Shown here: one piece after another, positions 18,191 through 27,276 of the stretch
Numbering within the stretch: the stretch's first letter is position 1
How the letters are laid out: each line of letters starts with the position of its first letter
Source of the DNA: an uncultured Desulfurococcales archaeon
GTDB taxonomy: Archaea > Thermoproteota > Thermoprotei_A > Sulfolobales > Pyrodictiaceae
NCBI GenBank assembly: GCA_964613695.1
Contig: CAZTIR010000001.1
Coordinates: 27,450 to 91,449, forward strand
DNA: 64,000 nucleotides
Direction: 5' to 3'
Program-made: the position numbers and the translations under genes
Notes under the pieces: model-generated
The model's database searches: none
Told to the model about the DNA's origin: nothing
The model's input: only the letters and a program-made list of their open reading frames with translations

Positions 18191-19183
18191 GAGCGCCGCC
18201 ACGATAGCGATCAGCGCGGAGACGGCGTAGAGCAACAAGAGCGCCTGGTATATACTCTTCTCGTCTAGGGGGGTTTTGAGCGTGAGCAGCTGGACGAGGG
18301 TGGGTGGGCTCCTCGGGTCGCACCTAGCGTGGACCAACCCCCTCTCGTCTATCCTCGTGGGTCTCGGGATATTCCTCCTCTCTACGAAGCCGCGGACCGT
18401 GGTCACAATCTGGAAGCCGTTGAGGATGAGCGGGGTTATCGCTATCAGGTAGATGAGCTCCTGCTTAGCCAGCATAGCCTGGTATGCCGCGAGCGCCCCT
18501 AGGGCCAGGCTCCCCGAGTCCCCGTTGAAGGCCCTGGCGGGGTACCGGTTATAGAGCAGGAGGTATACGAGTACAGCCGTGATCGTGTACGCTAGTATCG
18601 GCTCCGCCTCGGCCACTGTCACGCCCAGCCTCGACGACATTATCGCGTAGCCGGCTGCGACGGCGAGGCTCGAGGCCAGGAACGCTGTGGGCATCGACCC
18701 GTTGACCACATCCACCATGTTGAAGGCGTTCGCCGATACTCCTATGAAGAGGGGCAGCACCAACGGGTAGACGATGGAGAGCCTAGCCCAGCCGTAGAGA
18801 GGCACATAGACCCTCCAGTCCCCCGCGCACAGCAGGAGTATTATCGAGGCGCTAGCCATGGTTAGGAGCGGCTTCGTCACCGGATCCATCCTCCTAGCGT
18901 CATCGACGAGCCCGACTAGAGCATTGTAGAGTGTTAGGAGGGATGCGGCGAGGTAGAATACCGGCGAGCCCCCGGCGAGAGAGTGGAGCGCTAGGAGGCC
19001 GAGGGAGAGGAGTAGCGCGAGGCCGAAGCCAGCCGCCTCTGGTACACGCGCCCTCCTCCAAGGCTTGAATATATCGACGCCGAGCAGCCCAAGCCTCTTG
19101 GACAAGACTATGCCCAGGAGGCCGCCAGCTGCCCCCGTGACGACGCCCAGGAGCACCGCCGCGAGCAGTGCTTCGAGTGTCAC
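18167..19183 (-). CDS. UDP-GlcNAc:polyprenyl-phosphate GlcNAc-1-P transferase (GT4 MraY/GPT family, AglH-like)
   Basis: GVDIFKP, VPEAAG, LVDD, NAFNMVDVVNG, FNGDSG, multiple TM helices. Confidence 0.88.
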   Translation of the reverse strand: MTLEALLAAVLLGVVTGAAGGLLGIVLSKRLGLLGVDIFKPWRRARVPEAAGFGLALLLSLGLLALHSLAGGSPVFYLAASLLTLYNALVGLVDDARRMDPVTKPLLTMASASIILLLCAGDWRVYVPLYGWARLSIVYPLVLPLFIGVSANAFNMVDVVNGSMPTAFLASSLAVAAGYAIMSSRLGVTVAEAEPILAYTITAVLVYLLLYNRYPARAFNGDSGSLALGALAAYQAMLAKQELIYLIAITPLILNGFQIVTTVRGFVERRNIPRPTRIDERGLVHARCDPRSPPTLVQLLTLKTPLDEKSIYQALLLLYAVSALIAIVAALLVYTPRV

Positions 19184-19243
19184 CTTGCCACCTCGCTACC
19201 CGCCTATACCTGGCGGTTGAAGCTTGTAACGCGGGAGTAGCTG

Positions 19244-20152
19244 GTGGAGGCTATACTCCTTGTAGCCTCCACACGCCTCTCGTGGTCCACGAGGAGGCTT
19301 CTAAAAGCGTTTAGGGAGAGGGGGCACCGCGCCAAGCCCGTCATAGTCTCGGAGCTTAGCGTGAGGGTTGACGAGAGCGGCGTTACTATCGAGGGGTGTG
19401 GGCGGAGCCACTGCAACCCCGACGCGGTGATAGTGCGCGGCCTTGGCGCCGTCGATACGCCGGAGAAGCTGCTCTCGAGGCTAACCCTTCTAGCAGCATT
19501 CGAGGATATGGGCGTGGTTGTGGTGAACCCGTGGCTCCCGACGCTAGTAGCGAGGAACAAGATGCTCACAGCGCTCTACCTACGGAGGGCTGGGGTGCCA
19601 ATACCGCCTAGCATGCTAGCTGAGAGCATTGGGCCGGTGCTTAGAGCGTCTCGAGACTGGGGTAGGATGGTTGTGAAGCCTCTTACCGGCAGCCTGGGGC
19701 TAGGCTCCTTCCTCGCAGAGAACCTGGACCAGGCGTACCTGGCCGCCAGCCTCTTCTTGGCTACCGGGCACCCTGTCTACGCTCAGAGGTTTATCCCGAA
19801 GGAGGGTAACGCGGACATCCGCGTCTTCATCGTCGGCGACCGCGCCGTCGCCGCCGCAAGGCGGGTTGCCGCCCCCGGCGAGTGGAGGACTAACGTGGCA
19901 CGCGGCGCTAGAACGGAGCCCGTGGAGCTGGACGAGGAGACACGCTACATGGCGGTAAGGGCTTCGAAGGCACTAGGCCTCTACTATGCTGGCGTGGATG
20001 TGGCTATAGAGGGGGGCACGGGCAGGAGGTACGTGCTCGAGGTAAACGCTATGCCCAACTGGCTGGGCTTATACCGGGCTACCGGCATCGACCCCGCAGA
20101 GGAGATAGTGGGGCTTGTGGAGAGTATCGTGAAGAGGGGCGGTGAAGAGTAG
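19244..20152 (+). CDS. RimK/LysX-family ATP-grasp ligase
   Basis: ARNKMLT, VVKPLTGSLG, DIRVFIVG, WRTNVARG, GVDV, EVNAMP. Confidence 0.9.
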   Translation: MEAILLVASTRLSWSTRRLLKAFRERGHRAKPVIVSELSVRVDESGVTIEGCGRSHCNPDAVIVRGLGAVDTPEKLLSRLTLLAAFEDMGVVVVNPWLPTLVARNKMLTALYLRRAGVPIPPSMLAESIGPVLRASRDWGRMVVKPLTGSLGLGSFLAENLDQAYLAASLFLATGHPVYAQRFIPKEGNADIRVFIVGDRAVAAARRVAAPGEWRTNVARGARTEPVELDEETRYMAVRASKALGLYYAGVDVAIEGGTGRRYVLEVNAMPNWLGLYRATGIDPAEEIVGLVESIVKRGGEE

Positions 20153-20203
20153 GAAACCGGGCGAGCCTCCGGGGCGATGAGCGGGGGCTCTCGCACGAGC
20201 CCC
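20136..20203 (+). ncRNA. Candidate box C/D sRNA overlapping the ATP-grasp gene stop
   Basis: GGGGC-G-GUGAAGA-GUAGGAAACCGG-GCGA-GCCUCCGGGGC hairpin-GAUGA-GCGGGGGCUCUCGC-ACGA-GCCCC; D boxes degenerate. Confidence 0.55.
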
Positions 20204-20205
20204 GC

Positions 20206-21237
20206 CTACCGTACAAGGAGCCTCGCGAGGATAGAGGCTATGCGGCCCGGCAGTAGCGATAATATCTTCTCCGCGGCGCCCAGGTCGCCGAGGGCTATCC
20301 TCATCGCGAGGCTCCCGCCCATCCTCCTCATGAACCTGGCTCTCGCCTCGGGTGAGGCGCTCTTAACGTAGTCCAGCAGCTTCCTCTGCACCTCTATGCT
20401 CCTCCCCAGCTTCTCGAGCTCACGCCTAGCACTCTTGTCGCCCTCGAGCATCCTGAATACCAGCTTCGCGCTAAGCGCGGCGGGCCTGATACCCTCCCCG
20501 GTGACAGGGTAGACGAAGCCAGCAGCCTCCCCCACGTGCACGGTCTCGGAGTAGACTAGGTTCCAGTTGACACCACCGATGTTGATATAGGAGCCTTTGG
20601 GGGCCTCAACCTGCTCCACGTTAAGCCTCTTCACGAACTCGTTCAGCATCGAGAGGAACTCTACGGGCGAGCCGTAGCCCCCGACGCCTATCCTAGCCTC
20701 GCGGGGCGAGTGCGGGAAGACCCAGTAGTAGCCGACGAGCCTAGAGTCGAAGTGTATCTCTATCACACCCTCCTCGAAACCGCCACGATACACGCCCTGC
20801 ACCGCGTATATGCGATCGCCCCGGTAGCCTGGAGCCAGGGGGCCAGCCGCGACCACGAGCCTCTCCCACACAGCCTCGACTCCCGGCACGCGGCGAGAGC
20901 GGAAGTCGAAGACCGTGTACTTCTTCACATCCACGCCCTCTAGGATTGAGGCTATGAACCTCTTCTTGTCCAGGAGGTAGCCCCAACGCCTCCCCTCCTG
21001 CGACCAGAGGAGCTCGCCATCGAGGTACACGCGGAAACCCCTAACCTCTACAAGCACCGAGTCGGGGTCGACGCGCCCCACCTGCTCGACGTAAAGCTCT
21101 GGTATGGCGCCCCCGCACACCTTGCCACCAGGCTCCATAGCGTCTACAACCATCACCCTATAGCCGCGGTCGGAGGCTAGTCTCGCGAACCAGGCCCCAG
21201 CTGGCCCCCCACCCACGATCAGGTAGTCCAGCTTCAC
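20206..21237 (-). CDS. Geranylgeranyl-reductase-family flavoprotein
   Basis: GGGPAG, KVCGG, GYYWVFP, GEAAGFVYPVTGEGI. Confidence 0.88.
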   Translation of the reverse strand: MKLDYLIVGGGPAGAWFARLASDRGYRVMVVDAMEPGGKVCGGAIPELYVEQVGRVDPDSVLVEVRGFRVYLDGELLWSQEGRRWGYLLDKKRFIASILEGVDVKKYTVFDFRSRRVPGVEAVWERLVVAAGPLAPGYRGDRIYAVQGVYRGGFEEGVIEIHFDSRLVGYYWVFPHSPREARIGVGGYGSPVEFLSMLNEFVKRLNVEQVEAPKGSYINIGGVNWNLVYSETVHVGEAAGFVYPVTGEGIRPAALSAKLVFRMLEGDKSARRELEKLGRSIEVQRKLLDYVKSASPEARARFMRRMGGSLAMRIALGDLGAAEKILSLLPGRIASILARLLVR

Positions 21238-21240
21238 GCG

Positions 21241-22113
21241 CTACAACCCCGGTATCTCGAGACCAGCCTCTCTAAACATGCTTTTTACCACAAACCTTGG
21301 GAGCAGGGAGGCCATCCTGGCGAAGAAGCCGCGGAAAAGCCTCTGCGCTAGAGAGTCTAGCTCGGCGAAGAGGGAGCGCAGCCTAGGCAAAGCGGCCTCC
21401 AGGATGTTCACGGGGTTGCCGAGCCACTCTAGGAGCCTCACAACGCTACCATCCCTCTCGCCCCTCATATAGTCGACGATATCGTCGGCCAACTGGTAGG
21501 CCACGCCCATCAACTCGCCATAACGCCCGAGGAGCGAGAGCCTCTCATTATCGACGCCCGCCACAACGCCGCCCAGCTCCGCGGCTAGGCGGAAGAGGCT
21601 ACCGGTCTTCAGCCTGACAACCTCCAGGTACCCACCCCTCCCGGTATAAGCGTCGAGCACCTCGCCACGCGATATGTCGTACCACGCCACCACGCTCCTC
21701 TCGACAGCCCGGTACCCGTACCGGAGCAGAAGGAGGCGCTGGGCAAACGATATCAACAAGTTGGCCGCCATGACCGCGCGGCCGGGCCCGTACTTGAGCC
21801 AGGCGGCTGCGCGACCCCTCCTAACCTCGTCCCCGTCTATCACATCGTCTATCGCCAGGCTCGCCGAGTGGACTATCTCGACTGCTACAGCGGCATCCAG
21901 AGCCTCTGACCACGAGGAGCCCATAGCCTCGGCTATCAACAGCGTCGCGAAGCCACGCAGCCTCTTACCACCAGCCACTATATACTCGTGTATACCCAGC
22001 TCGTCGTACTCGCCCAACTCCCGCAGACGCGCTCCAATCCCCTCCTCTAGGAGCCTCCTCGCCTCCCTCCACCGTTCCACTATAAGCCTCTCTGAAACAC
22101 TCTCAGTCAACAC
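21241..22113 (-). CDS. trans-Polyprenyl diphosphate synthase, hexaprenyl-synthase-like
   Basis: GGKRLR, HSASLAIDDVID (small residue at -5 from FARM), RRG, KTGSLF, YQLADDIVD. Confidence 0.85.
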   Translation of the reverse strand: MLTESVSERLIVERWREARRLLEEGIGARLRELGEYDELGIHEYIVAGGKRLRGFATLLIAEAMGSSWSEALDAAVAVEIVHSASLAIDDVIDGDEVRRGRAAAWLKYGPGRAVMAANLLISFAQRLLLLRYGYRAVERSVVAWYDISRGEVLDAYTGRGGYLEVVRLKTGSLFRLAAELGGVVAGVDNERLSLLGRYGELMGVAYQLADDIVDYMRGERDGSVVRLLEWLGNPVNILEAALPRLRSLFAELDSLAQRLFRGFFARMASLLPRFVVKSMFREAGLEIPGL

Positions 22114-22126
22114 CGTGTCACTCCGT

Positions 22127-22642
22127 CTATGTGATACCCGCCGCCTCACGATATATGAGTGTGGCTATCGTGTACCCGGTCGCCACCAGCAAGGGGAAGA
22201 GGCTAAACGCGAGGTACACAATGCCGCCAAGCCTCTTATGCGCCTCGAGGAGTAGAGCAGCGGCCACGAGTAGAAGGTTCACCGCCGTCTCTGTGCCCGG
22301 CGTCATGCTAGCGTACATGAGTATCATTGATGCTGCTATAAGCCCGGCTATCTTCTCGTGCCCCGATGCCATATAGTAGGAGATGAGGGCCAGCATCGTA
22401 ACTACGGGGGAGAGGCTCACGAGCCTCTCGTGGAAACGTGGAAACCTGTACACGAGCCTAGTGGCTCCACGAGTAGCCGCGCAGACGCTCTCAACCAGAA
22501 GCGCTACAAGTACACCGATGAGCGGAGAGTAGTTGACGCTAATCACTATCGCCAGGGGGGCGCCGATGGCTATACAAGCTAGGCACGACACTACACCAAC
22601 CCTGCCCTCGAGCAACGCCACGACACTGCGCACGGGCGGCAC
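22127..22642 (-). CDS. Membrane protein of unknown function, about 5 TM helices
   Basis: Hydrophobic 171-aa ORF, GTG after GGGGAG, heads the prenyl-synthase/reductase run. Confidence 0.6.
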   Translation of the reverse strand: MPPVRSVVALLEGRVGVVSCLACIAIGAPLAIVISVNYSPLIGVLVALLVESVCAATRGATRLVYRFPRFHERLVSLSPVVTMLALISYYMASGHEKIAGLIAASMILMYASMTPGTETAVNLLLVAAALLLEAHKRLGGIVYLAFSLFPLLVATGYTIATLIYREAAGIT

Positions 22643-22643
22643 C

Positions 22644-22715
22644 GGGCTCCCCTCGGTGGTTCTCTCCTCACCGCGCGACCAGCATGCTCGGCCGCGCGGG
22701 TTCCGGTCACAGCCC
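22644..22715 (-). ncRNA. Candidate box C/D sRNA (weaker)
   Basis: GGGCU-GUGACCG-GAACCCGCGCGG-CCGA-linker-GUGAGGA-GAGAACCA-CCGA-GGGG-AGCCC; TATA-like box about 25 nt upstream; C box imperfect and D guide short. Confidence 0.45.
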
Positions 22716-22781
22716 GACTACGGGTCAACCCCTACACCCTATATCCTAATTACACCTTATGTTCCACACGGGTGGAGGCTT

Positions 22782-23525
22782 GTGAGGGCACGGCTCGCAT
22801 ACCCCGACGCTAAATCCCTCCAGAGCATCATGGAGACGCTCTCCAAGATAGTCGACGAGGCCGTCATGAAGATAACAAAGGAGAACGTGAGGATTAGGGC
22901 TCTTGACCCGGCGCACGTGGCCATGATAGACATTGTGCTAGAGCCCGACGTCTTCCTCGAGTACGAGGTGGAGGACGAGGAGGCTAAGGTGGGCTTCAAC
23001 GTCGTGAACATAGCTAAGATTGTGAAGAGGGGCAAGAAGGGTAACAGGGTTGAGATAGAGGCGACCGACGAGCACGTAACATGGACTATAGTGGGCGCGG
23101 CGGTGAAGAGGTATAAGCTGCTAAACCTCGAGGTGGCGGAGCCCGAGATACCGGAAGCCCAGTTCGAGTTCAAGGCTAGAATAGCGATGATAGTGGACGC
23201 GTTCAAGAACGCACTCCGCGACGCGGAGACGGTTGGAGACACGGTTGAGCTGGAGGCAGACGAGGAGAAGCTAGTGATCAGGGGCATAGGCACGGCGGTA
23301 GCCGAGACCGAGATAACGAGGGATAAGCCAGCCGTCGTGGACTTCCAGGTGGAGGAGCACTCCAAGGCCTCCTATAGCATCGATTACTTGAAACACGTGC
23401 TAGCGCTGACGAAGGTGGCTGACACGGTGATAGTAGAGTTCTCGAACGAGGCGCCTCTAAGACTGCAATTCTCCCTGCCCGCCGGCGGCAGGGTAACCTA
23501 CCTCCTCGCCCCCAAAGTCGCCTAG
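22782..23525 (+). CDS. pcn: DNA sliding clamp PCNA subunit, 247 aa
   Basis: GTG at 22782 after GGTGGAGG; ALDPAHVAMID, YSIDYL, PLRLQF, YLLAP. Confidence 0.95.
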   Translation: MRARLAYPDAKSLQSIMETLSKIVDEAVMKITKENVRIRALDPAHVAMIDIVLEPDVFLEYEVEDEEAKVGFNVVNIAKIVKRGKKGNRVEIEATDEHVTWTIVGAAVKRYKLLNLEVAEPEIPEAQFEFKARIAMIVDAFKNALRDAETVGDTVELEADEEKLVIRGIGTAVAETEITRDKPAVVDFQVEEHSKASYSIDYLKHVLALTKVADTVIVEFSNEAPLRLQFSLPAGGRVTYLLAPKVA

Positions 23526-23909
23526 ACACCAGCGTGGAGCCCAGACTGTAAAGAAGCCCGCAAACCCGCCGATGAGCGTGGCCGAAAGTAGTAGAGGATA
23601 GACGCCAAGGAGGGATGAGGCTAGGAGCGCGAGGATGGAGAGGAGTGTGTAGGAGACAGCCCATGCTCTCCTCGCGAGACGCGCCCTCCTCGAAATCTCT
23701 GCTAGAAGCTCTACAGCCTCTGCAACCCTACCCTCGCCTAGAAGCCTCTCAACGGCCGCCAGTGCCTCTCGGAAGCGGGGTGTGGGCGGTATAGGGGGCT
23801 TCAGGCTAAGGGAGAGAATGATACCCCTCTCCGCTAGAAGAGCCTCAAACTCGTCGCGGGCACTATGGTATACTCTAGAGAAAAGATCCACTAACCTGGG
23901 GCACGTCAA
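23457..23909 (-). CDS. Hypothetical membrane protein, converging on and overlapping PCNA
   Basis: 150-aa ORF with 2 TM segments directly after the ACT gene. Confidence 0.5.
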   Translation of the reverse strand: MTCPRLVDLFSRVYHSARDEFEALLAERGIILSLSLKPPIPPTPRFREALAAVERLLGEGRVAEAVELLAEISRRARLARRAWAVSYTLLSILALLASSLLGVYPLLLSATLIGGFAGFFTVWAPRWCLGDFGGEEVGYPAAGGQGELQS

Positions 23910-23914
23910 GAGCC

Positions 23915-24199
23915 CTAGCCCCTTATTGCCGCCGCCGTCGCCTCGCTTAGCTCGTCCTCCGGCGGCTCTACTTTAACCGTATAAGTCTCTGGCAGCCTGT
24001 CGAGCTTCGCTGCAACCCATCTAACCTCCTTGCTCTCCCCCTCGAGGTATATCGTTATCTCGACGCGGTTACCGTCGCTGAACCTCGCGTGGAGCTGGTT
24101 ATAGTGGACCTTACCCCTCCTCAGAATATTCACTATGCGCATGAGCCCATCCATCCCGCCAAACGCGCTTATATACATCTTGTACCTGTTCATCGCCAC
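23915..24199 (-). CDS. ACT-domain protein, acetolactate synthase small subunit
   Basis: GLMRIVNILRRG ACT motif, directly downstream of ilvB. Confidence 0.8.
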   Translation of the reverse strand: MAMNRYKMYISAFGGMDGLMRIVNILRRGKVHYNQLHARFSDGNRVEITIYLEGESKEVRWVAAKLDRLPETYTVKVEPPEDELSEATAAAIRG

Positions 24200-24222
24200 G
24201 GTTTCTCACCCCCGCGGGGCGC

Positions 24223-25980
24223 TCAACCCTCGTATACCAAGCTTACGTCCTCCATGCCCGGAGGGAGCAGGGCGTTTGTGAGCCAGTCGCCTGGCTTAAC
24301 CCACGGGTATACTATGTCGAGCTCACGGTCTATCATAACGTCGACCACTAGCGGCTCGTCGTTGCGCAGAGCCCATCTCACCCACTTCTCAAGCTCGTGG
24401 TAGTCTGCCGGCCTCACGCCCTCTACGCCGAAAGACTCTGCCACCTTCACGAAGTCCGGTCTCTCGGTGAAGTGCGTTGCCACGATCCTCCTCTCGTATA
24501 GGAATATCTGCCACTGCTTGACCAGCATTAGCGCCCTGTTATCGAATATCACCGTTATGACTGGGAGGTTGTAGTCGCGCACGAGGGCAAGGTTGTTCAT
24601 AGTCATCTGGAAGCTCCCGTCGCCATCGATGTTCAGGACTGGGCGGTCGCGAGCAGCAATCTTCGCCCCGAGGGCCGCTGGTAGCCCGAAGCCCATGGTG
24701 CCTAGGCCCGCTGAGGTTATCCAAGTGCCGGGTATGTAGACGTCCCAGTGTATCTCGGCCCACATCTGGTGGCTGCCGACGCCCGTCGTTGTTATAGTGT
24801 TCCTGGGCATCACCTGGCGCAGCAGCTTGAGAACCTTCCATGGCGCGAAGGGCTTCATCTGCTCCGCGAGCTTCTCCATAGCCTCCTCGTACCGCCTCCT
24901 GATGTAGAGCAGCCACTCTACGAACTTCGTATCCTTCCTAGCCACCTTGGGCAGGGCGTCTAGGAGCATTCTCAGCGCCTTCTTCGCATCAGCGACTATC
25001 CCCACCGCGGGCTCCACGTTCTTACCTATCTCACTCGGATCTATGTCAATGTGGATTATCTTCTTCTCCTTGAGCTCCGGCTCGAAACGGCCGACGGTCC
25101 TATCCGAGAACCTTGTCCCAACGGCGAGAATCACATCAGCATTGGCTAGCGCCGCATCACCCTCAGCACGCCCATGCATGCCAGCCGGCCCCATCACGAG
25201 CGGGTGGTCGGCGGGCACGCTATTCTTCCCGGGGAGCGTTGTCACTATCGGCGCCCAGAGGCGCTCAGCAAGCTCTATCACCTCGGGCCAGGCTCCACTC
25301 CAGTACACGCCGGTTCCGACGAGTATAACGGGCCTCTTGGCGGCGAGCAGGAGCCGGGCAGCAGCCTCTATATCCTCGCGGCGCGGCTCCGGGGGCTCAT
25401 ACTTCTTGAAGTCTAGCGGTAGTAGACCCGAGTCTGGGCACTCGCAGCGCGTGAGCTGGATATCTCTCGGGAAGTCGACTAGCGTGGGCCCGGGTCTCCC
25501 GAGCGTCGCCAGCATGTAGGCCGTCTTTACAGCCGGTATGGCCTCCTCAGGCCTCTTTATCTGGTAGGCGAACTTCGTGATGGGTGCCACGACGCCCACT
25601 ATATCGGTCTCCTGGAAGGCGTCCCTGCCGAAGACCTGTGTCGGCACCTGTCCCGTCAGGAAGAAGACGGGAGAGGAATCCATGTAGGCGTTAGCCACGC
25701 CCGTAACGATGTTAGTCGCGCCGGGGCCCGAGGTGACAGCGACGACAGCCGGCCTCTTCCTAACCCTGCCGTAGGCGTCGGCGGCGTGCGCCGCACCCTG
25801 CTCATGCCGGAACATGTAGATGTTGAACCCGCCCACAACCTCCATGGCGTCGTAGAAGGCCATTATACTTCCTCCGGTAACGCCGAAGACGTCGACAGCC
25901 TTCATCTCTCTGAGCGCTTTCGCTACCTGATCCACGACCCTACTTCCCGCAAATCCAACCTCATCTTCCCTCCGTCGCAC
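24223..25980 (-). CDS. ilvB: Acetolactate synthase large subunit
   Basis: RHEQGAAHAADAYGR, TSGPGATN, DAFQETD, GDGSFQM ThDP motif. Confidence 0.96.
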   Translation of the reverse strand: MRRREDEVGFAGSRVVDQVAKALREMKAVDVFGVTGGSIMAFYDAMEVVGGFNIYMFRHEQGAAHAADAYGRVRKRPAVVAVTSGPGATNIVTGVANAYMDSSPVFFLTGQVPTQVFGRDAFQETDIVGVVAPITKFAYQIKRPEEAIPAVKTAYMLATLGRPGPTLVDFPRDIQLTRCECPDSGLLPLDFKKYEPPEPRREDIEAAARLLLAAKRPVILVGTGVYWSGAWPEVIELAERLWAPIVTTLPGKNSVPADHPLVMGPAGMHGRAEGDAALANADVILAVGTRFSDRTVGRFEPELKEKKIIHIDIDPSEIGKNVEPAVGIVADAKKALRMLLDALPKVARKDTKFVEWLLYIRRRYEEAMEKLAEQMKPFAPWKVLKLLRQVMPRNTITTTGVGSHQMWAEIHWDVYIPGTWITSAGLGTMGFGLPAALGAKIAARDRPVLNIDGDGSFQMTMNNLALVRDYNLPVITVIFDNRALMLVKQWQIFLYERRIVATHFTERPDFVKVAESFGVEGVRPADYHELEKWVRWALRNDEPLVVDVMIDRELDIVYPWVKPGDWLTNALLPPGMEDVSLVYEG

Positions 25981-26058
25981 CTCGCTCCCACCGCTTTCAC
26001 ACGTATTTAAGCATTATTCCTGGCTTGGGAGCGGCACCAATAGGCTTATAAGGAGTGA
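25981..26058. promoter_or_regulatory. Divergent promoter region between ilvB and leuA
   Basis: AT-rich TATTTAAGCATTATT and CTTATAAG boxes. Confidence 0.55.
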
Positions 26059-27231
26059 TTGTGGGCAGGCCGTGGTCTGGGGTTGCCTATTGTTGCAAGA
26101 ATCCGCATCTTCGACACGACGCTGAGAGATGGCGAGCAGATGGCTGGCGTGGAGCTGAGCCTAGAGGATAAGATCGAGATAGCACATGCTCTCGACGAGC
26201 TGGGCGTCGATATAATAGAGGCTGGGTTCCCCGCATCCTCCGACATCGACTTCAAGTCCGTGAAGCTCGTCTCTCGCGAGGTGTCGAGGGCGAGGGTTGC
26301 TGGGCTTGCGCGCGCGAACAGGAAGGATATAGATGCCGCTGCCGAGGCCGAGGCTCACATAATACACGTTTTCATAGCGACCAGCGACATACACATGAAG
26401 TACAAGCTCCGCATGACCCCCGAGGAGGTGCTCCAGAGGGCTGTGGAGGCTGTGGAGTACGCCAAGAGCTATGGCGTTGAGGTGCTATTCTCGGCCGAGG
26501 ATGCTACGAGGAGTAACCGCGAGTTCCTCCTCCAGGTCTACAAGGCTGTGGTGGAGGCCGGAGCCAGGTACATAAACATACCCGACACGGTCGGCGTCAT
26601 GATGCCGTGGGAGATGGAGGATCTGGTGAGGTTCATACGCTCCAACCTACCCGAGTGGGTGAAGATAGATGTGCACTGCCACAACGACTTCGGCATGGCA
26701 ACTGCTAACAGTGTAGTATCGGTGAGGGCTGGCGCCGATGGGGTACAGGTTACAGTCAATGGTTTTGGAGAGAGGGCTGGGAACGCTGCCCTGGAGGAGG
26801 TTGTCGCGGCTCTACACTTCAGGATGGGGCTGAAAACCAACATTAGGCTCGAGAAGCTCTACGAGGTGTCCAGGCTCGTCGCCGAGAAGTTCGGCATAAG
26901 CCTTCCGCCCAACAAGCCCGTTGTCGGGGACAACGCGTTCGCCCACGAGGCCGGGATACACGTGCACGGGGTGCTCAACAACCCGCTCACCTATGAGCCG
27001 ATACCCCCGGAGGCTGTCGGGGCTAGGAGGAGGATAGTGCTGGGCAGGCATAGTGGCCGCCACGCGGTAGAGTATGTGCTGAAGCATCTCGGCTACTACC
27101 CGGAGCCGGAGCTCGTGGACTACGTGCTGAGGAGGATTAAGGAGGTAGCACCCTACGCCAAGAAGGTCACGGAGGATCTGGTTAGGAGGATTGTCGAGGA
27201 GTACTATAGCCTCCGGAGGGTGACCGCCTAA
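26059..27231 (+). CDS. leuA: 2-isopropylmalate synthase-like (LeuA/CimA), short form lacking the C-terminal regulatory domain
   Basis: [30 protein letters not shown]; 390 aa. Confidence 0.85.
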   Translation: MWAGRGLGLPIVARIRIFDTTLRDGEQMAGVELSLEDKIEIAHALDELGVDIIEAGFPASSDIDFKSVKLVSREVSRARVAGLARANRKDIDAAAEAEAHIIHVFIATSDIHMKYKLRMTPEEVLQRAVEAVEYAKSYGVEVLFSAEDATRSNREFLLQVYKAVVEAGARYINIPDTVGVMMPWEMEDLVRFIRSNLPEWVKIDVHCHNDFGMATANSVVSVRAGADGVQVTVNGFGERAGNAALEEVVAALHFRMGLKTNIRLEKLYEVSRLVAEKFGISLPPNKPVVGDNAFAHEAGIHVHGVLNNPLTYEPIPPEAVGARRRIVLGRHSGRHAVEYVLKHLGYYPEPELVDYVLRRIKEVAPYAKKVTEDLVRRIVEEYYSLRRVTA

Positions 27232-27276
27232 ACACTGTTTACGCGGGAGCGTCTCGAACCTCGCTGGTGCAAACCT

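Noticed and set aside
22127-22642. Assignment of the membrane protein as a degenerate CDP-alcohol phosphotransferase
   Set aside because: Only a loose spacing similarity; none of the signature Asp residues is present.
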